Assembly (NCBI GenBank): GCA_016931775.1
Contig: JAFGEC010000232.1
Location: 1 to 51,673 of the forward strand
DNA from: Candidatus Zhuqueibacterota bacterium
GTDB lineage: Bacteria; Zhuqueibacterota; Zhuqueibacteria; Residuimicrobiales; JAFGEC01
DNA length: 51,673 nt
Direction of reading: 5' to 3'
The notes below the pieces were generated by a model. It was not told where the DNA came from and searched no databases. It saw nothing but the letters and a program-made list of their open reading frames with translations. The position numbers were made by a program, and so were the translations under genes. This document shows positions 9,287 to 18,005 of this stretch, in pieces. The first letter of the stretch is position 1, and each line of letters opens with the position of its first letter.

Positions 9287-10321
9287 ATGAAAGCAGCTGT
9301 AATCGGATGTGGGAATATATCACATTTTCATATTCACGCTATTCGTTCGAATCCGTTCGTCGAACTGGTTGCATTATGTGATGCGAACGAAAAAATACTC
9401 GATGAAAGGGCAAACCAGTATCAAGTAACTAAAAGGTACACCAAACTCGATGAAATGCTGGATAAAGAGAATCCGGATGCACTCCACATTTTAACGCCGC
9501 CACATTCCCATTCGGAATTAGCGGTTTCGGCTATGGATCGCGGTATCCACGTTTTGGTTGAGAAACCCATGACGGTTTCAACAACTGAGGCAGACGAAAT
9601 GATTCAAATCTCCCGGAAAAAGAATGTCAAGCTCTGTATTAATCACAGTGCCCTTTTTACACCTGTGGTGACCCGAGCTATAGAATACGTAAACAGCTTT
9701 GCGTTTGGGTCTTTGGTGCATGTAGAGTGTCATTTCGGCTTTGATGTCACTCGAGTTTTGAACACTGGGCAAAACGAGCAAACCGGTCCTATGTCGTGGT
9801 ATGGACATCTTAAAGGGCATATTCTGGAGGATTTGCTGCCGCACCCGGTTTCTATTGTGATGGGATTCTTGCGTCAGTATTCGAATTCTTATTGTATTGT
9901 TAAGGACTATAAAAAACAAGGTTATGCAGATGAGTTGAGATTGCTACTCGATTCCCAAAAGGTCACTGCAACTGTCTCAGTGTCGCTTCGCTCACATCCA
10001 AGCCAATTTAAACTCTATTTGTACGGCACAAAAATGTCTTTGATTGTGGATGTCGGAGATATGGGTATTGTCAGACAGAAAATGTATAAACTGCCCAAGG
10101 CTGTGGCACGTGGTGTTGGTCATTTGTCCGAGTCCTGGCAGATTTTTCGCAACACCATCGGTCTAGCCGTTGGTGTTGCTCTGAAAAAAGTAGACAATGC
10201 CGCAGGCGTCGGTATCCTGATTGACAAGTTCTATAATAGCCTCAAGCATGGATGGCCTGTTCCCGTATCGGGCGAAGAAGGTAAAATCGTCGTTGAATTG
10301 GCGGAAAAGATCTGGTCATAA
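9287..10321 (+). CDS. Gfo/Idh/MocA-family NAD(P) oxidoreductase
   Basis: 344 aa. N-terminal MKAAVIGCGNISHFH Rossmann fold and the EKP motif (HVLVEKPM) typical of the family. GGAGG RBS. Confidence 0.8.
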   Translation: MKAAVIGCGNISHFHIHAIRSNPFVELVALCDANEKILDERANQYQVTKRYTKLDEMLDKENPDALHILTPPHSHSELAVSAMDRGIHVLVEKPMTVSTTEADEMIQISRKKNVKLCINHSALFTPVVTRAIEYVNSFAFGSLVHVECHFGFDVTRVLNTGQNEQTGPMSWYGHLKGHILEDLLPHPVSIVMGFLRQYSNSYCIVKDYKKQGYADELRLLLDSQKVTATVSVSLRSHPSQFKLYLYGTKMSLIVDVGDMGIVRQKMYKLPKAVARGVGHLSESWQIFRNTIGLAVGVALKKVDNAAGVGILIDKFYNSLKHGWPVPVSGEEGKIVVELAEKIWS

Positions 10322-10333
10322 AAGGAGTTAAAA

Positions 10334-11326
10334 ATGAAAATATTACTCACAGGTGCATCCGGTTTTCTCGGTGGTTATCTTGCGGAAAAGTTAACGAGAA
10401 AAAAACATCAAATACGTGCTATGGTCCGGAAGACAAGTGACAAAAGTATTCTTGAAAAATTAAATAACATAGAGTTGTTTACAGGTGACTTGCGTGATAA
10501 AAAATCTCTCCAGGGATGTATGGACGGTATTGATGCTGTGATACACGCCGGTGCGACAACACAAGGGAGTATGGAAGATTTCGAAAAAGGGACTATCGAC
10601 GGAACAAGATACATCATGGAGCTGGCAAAAGATGCCGATTTAAAATTGTTTCTGCTTGTCAGTTCACTCGTGGTTTATGACATCAACATCCTGGGAAAAA
10701 ATCCGCTCATAAATGAAGCTTTTCCACTGGAAAAGAATCCCCGGCTTGTAGGCCCTTACGCTTACACAAAAACAGAAAGTGAAAAAATTGCCCGGGAATA
10801 TGCGGAAAAATATAGCATACCCCTGACTGTCGTACGTCCTGGTTTAATATTCGGTGCCCGGCGCAATTTGTTTTTTCCACATCTCGGTTTTGCTGTCGCC
10901 GGAGGAAGATTAGTCATAAAAATCGGCTGGGATACCAAAGTGCTTCCTTTGACATACATTGATAACTGTTGTGAGCTGATGATTAAGCTATTAACTCATA
11001 AACCCGCCATCGGCAAAACTTTTAATATCATTGATCCCCAGACCATTACCCATAGCGAATATATTCGTTATTGGCGCAGAGCTTTACGTATAAAAGGCTT
11101 TACGGTAGCTATTCCTTTTTGTTTTTTTAAGCTTTTGGCTTTTTGTTTCGAGCAGCTCAATAAATTGCCAAAACTAAAAGGAAAATTTGGCATGAGTCGT
11201 TACAGGCTGATACCGAAATTTAAAAAAGTTCGCTTTGATGGCTCTTTGATCCTGCGTGAGCTAGGGTGGTATCCCGAGATTGAACTGGAAGAAGCATTGG
11301 AAAAAGCCTTTGAAATTAAAAAGTGA
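10334..11326 (+). CDS. NAD-dependent epimerase/dehydratase family protein (extended SDR)
   Basis: 330 aa. TGASGFLGG and YAYTK (YxxxK). AAGGAG RBS. Confidence 0.8.
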   Translation: MKILLTGASGFLGGYLAEKLTRKKHQIRAMVRKTSDKSILEKLNNIELFTGDLRDKKSLQGCMDGIDAVIHAGATTQGSMEDFEKGTIDGTRYIMELAKDADLKLFLLVSSLVVYDINILGKNPLINEAFPLEKNPRLVGPYAYTKTESEKIAREYAEKYSIPLTVVRPGLIFGARRNLFFPHLGFAVAGGRLVIKIGWDTKVLPLTYIDNCCELMIKLLTHKPAIGKTFNIIDPQTITHSEYIRYWRRALRIKGFTVAIPFCFFKLLAFCFEQLNKLPKLKGKFGMSRYRLIPKFKKVRFDGSLILRELGWYPEIELEEALEKAFEIKK

Positions 11327-12359
11327 GTCTGTTTTCAGAGGTGAAAAAATTAAATCCCTTCTAAAACCCAGATTGTTCAAATATTTAGGGCGCCTGACTT
11401 TTAGTCTGGCAATCTTAGTTTACCTGCTCAGCAAAATCAAATTGCAGGAATTCGCGGATATTTTGAATGAATTAAAATGGGAATATATACTGCTTTCAAT
11501 TTTTCCGTTTTTGGGTGAGATTTTATTAAAGACTATAAAATGGCGGATGCTTCTTCGTCTCAAGCAAATTAACGTGACTTTGCTGCATCTGTTAAAGATC
11601 TATTATGTCAGTAGTTTTATTGGTATATTCTTGCCATCCAGTCTCGGGATCGATTTACTCCGTACGTACAGTCTGGCCAAAAAAATAAAGAACACCGGAG
11701 AGTCCATTTCAACGGTTTTTATGGACCGTTTGTTGGGAATTTTATCATTGGTGTTTGTCGTCTTGCTGGGTGTTGTATTAATTAAAACCAATTTCGCCCG
11801 CAGTACATTCAAACTCATTGCCATTATTGCCGTATTATTGATTTTGCTTTTTGGATTCTTACTGTTGTTTCGTCCACTTTTAAAATGGATTGAAAAAATT
11901 TTGGTAAAGATGAACCTTCATGGTCCCGGCTTGAAAAAACTGGCCGTCGTGCTTCATGCAAGTTATGAGTCCATCGTCGGCTTTAAAAATTACAAAGCTG
12001 ATATGTTAAAGGTTTTTGGTGTTTCCATCTTGTTCCAGTTTACCCGTATTTCGATTACATATGTTCTGGCATTGGCTTTGGGAATTCAGTTGAGCATTGA
12101 GTACTGGGTAGCAATCGTTCCTCTTGTCACCCTCGCGTCTATGCTGCCCTTTGCTGTCGGTGGTTTGGGTGTTCGCGAAGGTGCTTTTGTCTGGTTCCTC
12201 TCCCAAGTCGGAATAGCCACTTCAACAGCTTTCTTTTTGTCAATTTTGGCCTTTATTCTGGGCATCTTAATCTCCCTGCCGGGGTTGTTTTTTTATTTGA
12301 AGAGCGGCATTGCGGATAAAGAGGAAAAAGTCGTGTCCGGTGTCGTCGAACAGATCTGA
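11280..12359 (+). CDS. UPF0104 / lysyl-PG-synthase-TM-like 'flippase-like' integral membrane protein
   Basis: About 8 predicted TM helices. FLPSSLGIDLLR and AVGGLGVREGAF resemble the conserved loops of the LPG_synthase_TM family. Only non-ATG starts are available (TTG 11280, 11307 or ~11370), so the start is uncertain. Confidence 0.6.
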   Translation: MNWKKHWKKPLKLKSESVFRGEKIKSLLKPRLFKYLGRLTFSLAILVYLLSKIKLQEFADILNELKWEYILLSIFPFLGEILLKTIKWRMLLRLKQINVTLLHLLKIYYVSSFIGIFLPSSLGIDLLRTYSLAKKIKNTGESISTVFMDRLLGILSLVFVVLLGVVLIKTNFARSTFKLIAIIAVLLILLFGFLLLFRPLLKWIEKILVKMNLHGPGLKKLAVVLHASYESIVGFKNYKADMLKVFGVSILFQFTRISITYVLALALGIQLSIEYWVAIVPLVTLASMLPFAVGGLGVREGAFVWFLSQVGIATSTAFFLSILAFILGILISLPGLFFYLKSGIADKEEKVVSGVVEQI

Positions 12360-12479
12360 AAGGAGTATTTTTTGACTGTATTTTGTATAGTTACAAGGTG
12401 GAGCCTAATATCGTCTGCTTTTTCCGGATTGATATGTAAATTTTACTGTTTTTAAGAATTACCTAAATAAATAAAACTG

Positions 12480-12496
12480 TTGGCATAAATATTGCA
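12480..12496 (+). promoter_or_regulatory. Sigma-54 (-24/-12) type promoter
   Basis: TTGGCATAAATATTGCA matches TGGCAC-N5-TTGCW. GG is at 12482-12483 and GC at 12494-12495, the exact 12-nt register. It lies in the 436-nt AT-rich intergenic gap upstream of the small ORF and the secreted protein gene. Confidence 0.6.
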
Positions 12497-12561
12497 AATC
12501 AACAGAGTTGATAAATATATTTTATCACAAAAACGTAAAATTGAAGGGAGGAGAATCAAGT

Positions 12562-12693
12562 ATGCGTTTTATATTCAAAGCGGTGCAAAATTGCCATAAG
12601 TTATTGTTTTTATGCATTTTTTTATTTTCAATTTTGAGGGGGTTTACATTAAATAACTCTTGCGAATCGGCGAAAAACAGATCGATTAGGTGA
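12562..12693 (+). CDS. Hypothetical 43-aa hydrophobic small protein (candidate only)
   Basis: ATG 12562 is preceded by a strong SD, GGGAGGAG (12546-12553). Product: MRFIFKAVQNCHKLLFLCIFLFSILRGFTLNNSCESAKNRSIR, with one TM-like stretch. It lies ~66 nt downstream of the sigma-54 promoter. No homology recognised. Confidence 0.3.
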   Translation: MRFIFKAVQNCHKLLFLCIFLFSILRGFTLNNSCESAKNRSIR

Positions 12694-12795
12694 GAATGCC
12701 AGAGTGTGGCCTCCTCGACACATTATTTTACAAAATTGTAATTAACATGAACAAAACTGCTACAGGTAAACACTCAAATACAAAGTGAGATAAAG

Positions 12796-14673
12796 GTGTT
12801 GAATAAATTAGAACAGAAAAAAATAAACTTCAAAAGATTTATTGTTTTTTCAAGTATATTCATTCTCAGTACGTTTTTTCAAAATGCCTGTTTCGGGGAG
12901 TTGGGAGTTTTTGATAGAAATCCGAATTATCTGACATATAAAGGTGAGCCCATCTTTCTTATCAGTGCCTGCCAGGAAGGTAAATGGCATATTTCAAAGT
13001 TGGATACGAATTTTATTAAAAGTATGAAGAATTTTGGCGCCAATCACACATGGATCATGTTGGATAATTACATTCGAACGAAGTGGTCATATACGAAATA
13101 CACGCCGCCTGAATACTGGCAAAAATTACGTGACATTGCCAGGGTTGCCTATGAAGAGGATGTAATACTGGGTATCAGTCTTTTCAGTTATGGTATTATA
13201 AGATATCCTCTTTCTTTTTCCTATAATAAAGAGTGCAGGGAATGTGACGGCGATCCGGGACCTCTCACACGAGGCCAGGGCTTTTTTAACCTCAGTAATC
13301 TGAATGGAGATGTTTTGGAAGCCCACCAAGTTCAGGAAAATAGTATGAAAAAAATTGTTGAAAATACGTGGATGTATCCAAATGTCTATTACCTCTACGG
13401 CTGGGAGTTAAATACGGTTTGGAATGATACCGTCGCCGAGTGGGTAAAGTGGGCCAGAAATTTTATGGAAACCGAAGGAGAGTTAGTCGCTCCAGGGAAA
13501 AAACACCTATTTGCATTGGAGAAAACCCTCACGATTGCCGAAGCTGAAACATTAGGTGTCGATTTTATTGTGGAAGAGGACGGGAATGCCGCCAAAACAG
13601 AAGGGCTGCCCTATGTCTATTGGAGTATGGATGGCATTTACCGTGGCACGCCGGTCTGGAACACATCCAGCGAACCGAAATTTAATTTGGCTTATATGCG
13701 GTCGGCGATTTTCGATACTGCTGCCGCCGGTATCGCCTCGATTTGGGGCACCGACTCTGTTGAAATGGATTATATGCACTCATTGGGCCAATTCGCAGCG
13801 ACCGTTGAAAATTGGTGTGATGAACCGGGACAAGAGATAACACTCACTACGCTACCGCCGGTGTCCGGTGGTCCCGGTATCGACCTTCCAAGTAGTGGCG
13901 CTTGTGTAGATATTGACTTTATTCCGCCTACGATTATCAACCTTTTTACTATTTCCGAGTCGGAAATGCAGATCCAATTTTCTGAACCTCTGAATCCGTT
14001 TACGGCAACGGATAAGAACAACTACCAAATAGATCCGTCACTCATTATTGTATCGGCTCAACTTTCGGAAGACCGGACAATTGTGAGTCTGCAAACGGCG
14101 ACGCATTTGAGAAATGTGATTTATACTTTGACGGTGAATAACGTTTCAGATGATGCGTACTATCCCAATCCGATCGCTCCTGGTACACAAGTATATTATT
14201 CTTATGTCACGGAATTGGTCGTATACAATGTCACACCCGCAGAATATGACACTTCAAGTGTCGATGTGGGAGAACAATATTATATCGACAGGGATTACGT
14301 TGTACAATCGATGCCGGATTCCTTGCAGGGATTGTTGTGGATTCGAACAGCCAACGATGACAAGAACAGCCAAGGTGATGATTTTGTAAAATTTTCCAGT
14401 ACAACCGATATACGAACTTTTGTCGGTTATGATATTCGTATAGCATCTCTGCCATTTTGGTTGCAGAATTGGGCCGATACAGGTACGTTTATAAAAACGT
14501 CCGACACACATTTTAGAATGTTCAAAAAAGATTTTAATTCCGGTTTTATTGAACTCGGCGGGAATTACAGTACAGCGGGAAGCATGTATATTGTGTTGAT
14601 AAAAGAAAACTTTACACCCGACACCACACCACCGGATTCACCAACAGGACTGAAAATTGAAAAGATATACTGA
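12796..14673 (+). CDS. Secreted multidomain protein: putative glycoside-hydrolase-like N-terminal domain + bacterial Ig-like domain + C-terminal CBM-like beta-sandwich
   Basis: 625 aa, GTG start. N-terminal signal peptide (KRFIVFSSIFILSTFFQNACFG). The first ~350 aa have an alternating pattern suggestive of a TIM-barrel hydrolase. The segment PPTIINLFTISESEMQIQFSEPLNPFTATDKNNYQI..YTLTVNNVSD looks like an SbsA/Big_5-type Ig domain. The C-terminal Y-x-DRDY...TANDDK...YD-x-R...PFWL pattern is seen in CBM-like modules. Confidence 0.5.
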   Translation: MLNKLEQKKINFKRFIVFSSIFILSTFFQNACFGELGVFDRNPNYLTYKGEPIFLISACQEGKWHISKLDTNFIKSMKNFGANHTWIMLDNYIRTKWSYTKYTPPEYWQKLRDIARVAYEEDVILGISLFSYGIIRYPLSFSYNKECRECDGDPGPLTRGQGFFNLSNLNGDVLEAHQVQENSMKKIVENTWMYPNVYYLYGWELNTVWNDTVAEWVKWARNFMETEGELVAPGKKHLFALEKTLTIAEAETLGVDFIVEEDGNAAKTEGLPYVYWSMDGIYRGTPVWNTSSEPKFNLAYMRSAIFDTAAAGIASIWGTDSVEMDYMHSLGQFAATVENWCDEPGQEITLTTLPPVSGGPGIDLPSSGACVDIDFIPPTIINLFTISESEMQIQFSEPLNPFTATDKNNYQIDPSLIIVSAQLSEDRTIVSLQTATHLRNVIYTLTVNNVSDDAYYPNPIAPGTQVYYSYVTELVVYNVTPAEYDTSSVDVGEQYYIDRDYVVQSMPDSLQGLLWIRTANDDKNSQGDDFVKFSSTTDIRTFVGYDIRIASLPFWLQNWADTGTFIKTSDTHFRMFKKDFNSGFIELGGNYSTAGSMYIVLIKENFTPDTTPPDSPTGLKIEKIY

Positions 14674-14811
14674 GTATGATCCTGGCTTCTTGGCATTCCG
14701 AAATATAATATTCCGTCTTTTTACTTTGATGATGACGGACGAAGACTTTGAATTTCTTCAATATACCGATAGGGCATGTAAAAAGCCCGGCTCAGTTCTT
14801 TTTTAATTGGA

Positions 14812-15639
14812 TCAAAAAGTGGCTCTTTTCAGCCGAATCATCACGATCTCCGGACGACAAAAAAAACGAACCGGCGGTGTAATCGTTCCTACACCCGAGG
14901 TTATTATCACATCCATATTGTCCCGTTTTTTCCGGCCGTACCGGTATTTCTGTCCATATCTGGAGGGTAATAGGGGCGCCCATGCTCCCAGCAGAGTCAC
15001 TTGCCCGCCATGAGTATGGCCGCATAATGTCAGATCGATGGCCGCATGGTCGAGTTCTTCCAGAAAATCGGGATTATGCGATAAAAGAACCGTAAAATCC
15101 TCATCGGTTACATCGTGTGTGGTATTTTCAACGAATTGTTTGTCCTCCCAAAAATCACCCACTCCGCCGATTTTAATAGAGTCCTGTTTATGATATATCC
15201 AATATGAAAGATTATCACACAGGAAAAAACCGGAGGCTTTGAACTGGGCGATTGTCTGATTTGCGCCCTCCCAATGGTCATGGTTTCCCAGTACCCCATA
15301 TATACCCAGGGGGGCATGCAGTTTTTTCAGCCGTTTGAAAACCGGAATGATATATTTACTGTCTCTGTGCACATAATCACCACCCAGAAAAATGATATCC
15401 GGATGGAGCCGGTTAATATTTTTGACAAGGCGGTCCACACGGTCAAAACTAAGATATGGACCACAGTGAATATCGGCAATAAAAACGATTTTTATTTCAT
15501 CAAAAGCGGCAGGGATGTCTGGATTGACAATTTGATAGGTGGTTATTTTTAACCATCGGGTTTCCAAGTACATATAACATGGGATGATGATAAAAAGCAG
15601 GAATAATAAATGAAATAATTTAAATTTTTCCCTGTACAT
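14812..15639 (-). CDS. Membrane-anchored metallophosphoesterase (calcineurin-like, YkuE/YaeI-type)
   Basis: 275 aa. N-terminal TM helix, then the canonical motifs DIHCGP, GGDYV, GNHDHW and CGHTHGGQ. Confidence 0.9.
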   Translation of the reverse strand: MYREKFKLFHLLFLLFIIIPCYMYLETRWLKITTYQIVNPDIPAAFDEIKIVFIADIHCGPYLSFDRVDRLVKNINRLHPDIIFLGGDYVHRDSKYIIPVFKRLKKLHAPLGIYGVLGNHDHWEGANQTIAQFKASGFFLCDNLSYWIYHKQDSIKIGGVGDFWEDKQFVENTTHDVTDEDFTVLLSHNPDFLEELDHAAIDLTLCGHTHGGQVTLLGAWAPLLPSRYGQKYRYGRKKRDNMDVIITSGVGTITPPVRFFCRPEIVMIRLKRATF

Positions 15640-15740
15640 AATATCCTGTTACTTTTCTTACTGCGGCATATCGCAAAGATCCTGTTTTCCACCATATTAC
15701 AGTGAATACCGGATATCTGTATGCGTACTTCGCCTCTCGG

Positions 15741-17213
15741 TCAATCACGGATGCAAACATCTTCAGCTTCGGGGGATCGGGAAAGCGTTTTTCGGGATTT
15801 GTAATAAATCGGTAATAGGTATTTGCTGACAATTTTGTTCCTTTTTAACCAGACTGCCGTAAAATGCCATGATCCTAAAAATGCCGGAATCCAAGCCAGC
15901 GGTCCCAATTTTGTCAGACGTCTGCGCAAGTACCTGCGGCGTACTTTTTCACTGGTTTTTCGTGCTTTGCCCAGCAGTTTTTTGCGTTGTTTAAGAGATA
16001 ATTCAGGGGTTTCAAACAACGGTCTGAGGACACCCTCACGTATGGTACCCAGATATTCCACCGGATCTGCGCGAAGTAAATGATTGTTTTTTAAATAATC
16101 AAACATGCGCGTGCCGGGATAGGGGATGATGTTGAAAAAAAAGGCCAGCTGTATGGGATAATGATCAACGAATTTAAACGAATTGTGTACCTCTAGCCAT
16201 GTTTCACCCGGAGACCCGATTAGAAAGTTCAATCCCACATCATAATTCAGACGACACGCCATATCAACCGCTTTTCTGATAACATCCAGGGTTTCTCCCT
16301 TGTTCAGCAGTTTCAAAACACGATCATTTGCCGATTCGACGGCAATTTGTACTTCCCATGCTCCGACATCACGCAGCCTTTTGAGCATATATTCGTCCAC
16401 TTTGTCCGCTCTCACCCCATTTGCCAGGCTGATTTGAATATCCAATTTTCGGGATTCGATTTCAGCACAAATATCTAGTACACGCTGACGGTTAAAAGTG
16501 AAATTATCGTCCATAACCAGAAAAGTCTTATAACCTCTGTCATACCAATACTGAATTTCAGACATTACGCTGTCCACGCTGCGCATGCGAATTTTCGCAC
16601 CCATAATGGAATGTACGGCACAGAACGTACAACCAAATGGGCAACCCCGTGATGTCAGAATACCCATCTCCTTTGACAAATAGCGATCCATTTCAAATCC
16701 GGTATAGGTTGGGAATGCCAGGGAATCAATATCGGCAATCGGCCGCCGTTTGCCTGAGAACACTACCTTACCGTTCTGCCGGTAGTATAATCCTTCAATA
16801 TTTTCAATGGTTTTCCCATGGCACAGCTCTACAATAGTCTCATCACTTTCACTGATACTGGCAAAATCTATTTCAGAACATTCTTCCAGTGTTGATTCCT
16901 GAAAAGCCGAAGTGTGCGGACCGCCGATTGCTATGTCGACTTTAAATTCGTTTTTGATCTGCTGGATCATCTCATAGGCTTTTTTATAGCCCAGACTCAC
17001 CATGCTTATACCCACCAGATCCGGATTGAATGCCGCTATTTTTCCCATAATGTCTTCTATCGTATGCCCCAGTTCACGGTCGATAATTGCGTATTTTATA
17101 TTGTGCCGCAGTAGGGATTCCGCTAGGTAGCCGATACCTACCGGGGGCCTGCGGGGCGCATAAAACATGCCTCGTGTATTCTGCCTGAGTAAAAGAACGC
17201 GTTCGTATCTCAT
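15741..17213 (-). CDS. Cobalamin (B12)-binding-domain radical SAM enzyme (class B)
   Basis: 490 aa. N-terminal flavodoxin-like B12-binding domain (PDLVGISMVS...DIAIGGPH), then SRGCPFGCTFC (CxxxCxxC radical SAM cluster). The basic C-terminal tail has a hydrophobic segment. Confidence 0.9.
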   Translation of the reverse strand: MRYERVLLLRQNTRGMFYAPRRPPVGIGYLAESLLRHNIKYAIIDRELGHTIEDIMGKIAAFNPDLVGISMVSLGYKKAYEMIQQIKNEFKVDIAIGGPHTSAFQESTLEECSEIDFASISESDETIVELCHGKTIENIEGLYYRQNGKVVFSGKRRPIADIDSLAFPTYTGFEMDRYLSKEMGILTSRGCPFGCTFCAVHSIMGAKIRMRSVDSVMSEIQYWYDRGYKTFLVMDDNFTFNRQRVLDICAEIESRKLDIQISLANGVRADKVDEYMLKRLRDVGAWEVQIAVESANDRVLKLLNKGETLDVIRKAVDMACRLNYDVGLNFLIGSPGETWLEVHNSFKFVDHYPIQLAFFFNIIPYPGTRMFDYLKNNHLLRADPVEYLGTIREGVLRPLFETPELSLKQRKKLLGKARKTSEKVRRRYLRRRLTKLGPLAWIPAFLGSWHFTAVWLKRNKIVSKYLLPIYYKSRKTLSRSPEAEDVCIRD

Positions 17214-17456
17214 GTGTCTCCGATTTTTGGTTTTTAGAGTATAATTTATTATATTAGTAAAATAATTCCATTTTGCAAAAGAAAAAATTTAGTGCGATGA
17301 TTATACCGTTAACCGAACTTGTCACTGACATTGATACAACCATAGCAAAACACTATATTTCCATATATATTATTGATTCCGTTAAATAAATGTTCGCAAA
17401 AATAACCTTTTGTGGCTAAAATATCTAATAGGTTCGTGTAATAAATAAAGGTTCTT

Positions 17457-18005
17457 ATGCCGTCGCCTTTTGGACATTTATTATCGGGAGTGGTGATTTT
17501 CTCCGGATTCCGGAAAAAAAAGTTGAATGGATTGAATCTTTTTATACTGGTGTTGTTTTTTTCAATCTTGCCGGATTTTGACTTTTTATTCGGTTTGGTT
17601 GAAGGCCAGCCCAACAAGTACCATCACCATTTTACACATAGTTTTTTCTTTGTTGTTTTTGCGGGTGTGATCGGTGCGTGGATATTTGCGCGGTTTGAAA
17701 AAATATCCAAAAAATCGGTGATTTGGCTTTTTATCATGCCGGGTGTTGTGCACCTGTTATTGGATTCTCTGGCTATCGATACCAGCATACCGCGAGGTTC
17801 ACCTTTGTTCTGGCCGCTTTGGAAAGAGTATTTTATCAGTCCTGTACTGATATTTTCAGATATCCAACGATCGCCCGAAACGGCAAAATTTTTTCCCAGT
17901 TTGTTCAGTCGGCATAATTTCATGGCTGTAATGATCGAACTGTTGTATCTAAGTCCTTTGCTTATTTTTATAATTTGGAAAAGAAACAAGACAAACGTAA
18001 CATGA
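17457..18005 (+). CDS. DUF457/YdjM-family membrane-bound metal-dependent hydrolase
   Basis: 182 aa. GHLLSG, LPDFDF, HHHFTHSF and VHLLLDS...GSPLFWP line up with the conserved His/Asp blocks of E. coli YdjM. Several TM helices. Confidence 0.75.
   Translation: MPSPFGHLLSGVVIFSGFRKKKLNGLNLFILVLFFSILPDFDFLFGLVEGQPNKYHHHFTHSFFFVVFAGVIGAWIFARFEKISKKSVIWLFIMPGVVHLLLDSLAIDTSIPRGSPLFWPLWKEYFISPVLIFSDIQRSPETAKFFPSLFSRHNFMAVMIELLYLSPLLIFIIWKRNKTNVT

Noticed and set aside
12376-12397. Shared CTGTATT...TACAAG motif upstream of both sigma-54 promoters (12376-12397 and 47178-47193) as a possible activator site.
   Set aside because: The arms are only 4 bp (TGTA/TACA) and the spacing differs (11 versus 5 nt). 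The distances to the -24 element also differ: ~85 nt in one case, directly abutting in the other. The information content is too low.
14590-14673. Checked the C-terminus of the 625-aa secreted protein for a PEP-CTERM, LPXTG or other sorting signal, because sigma-54-regulated PEP-CTERM/exosortase EPS systems exist.
   Set aside because: The C-terminus (...TPPDSPTGLKIEKIY) has no PEP motif, TM helix or basic tail, and no exosortase gene is visible in the window.
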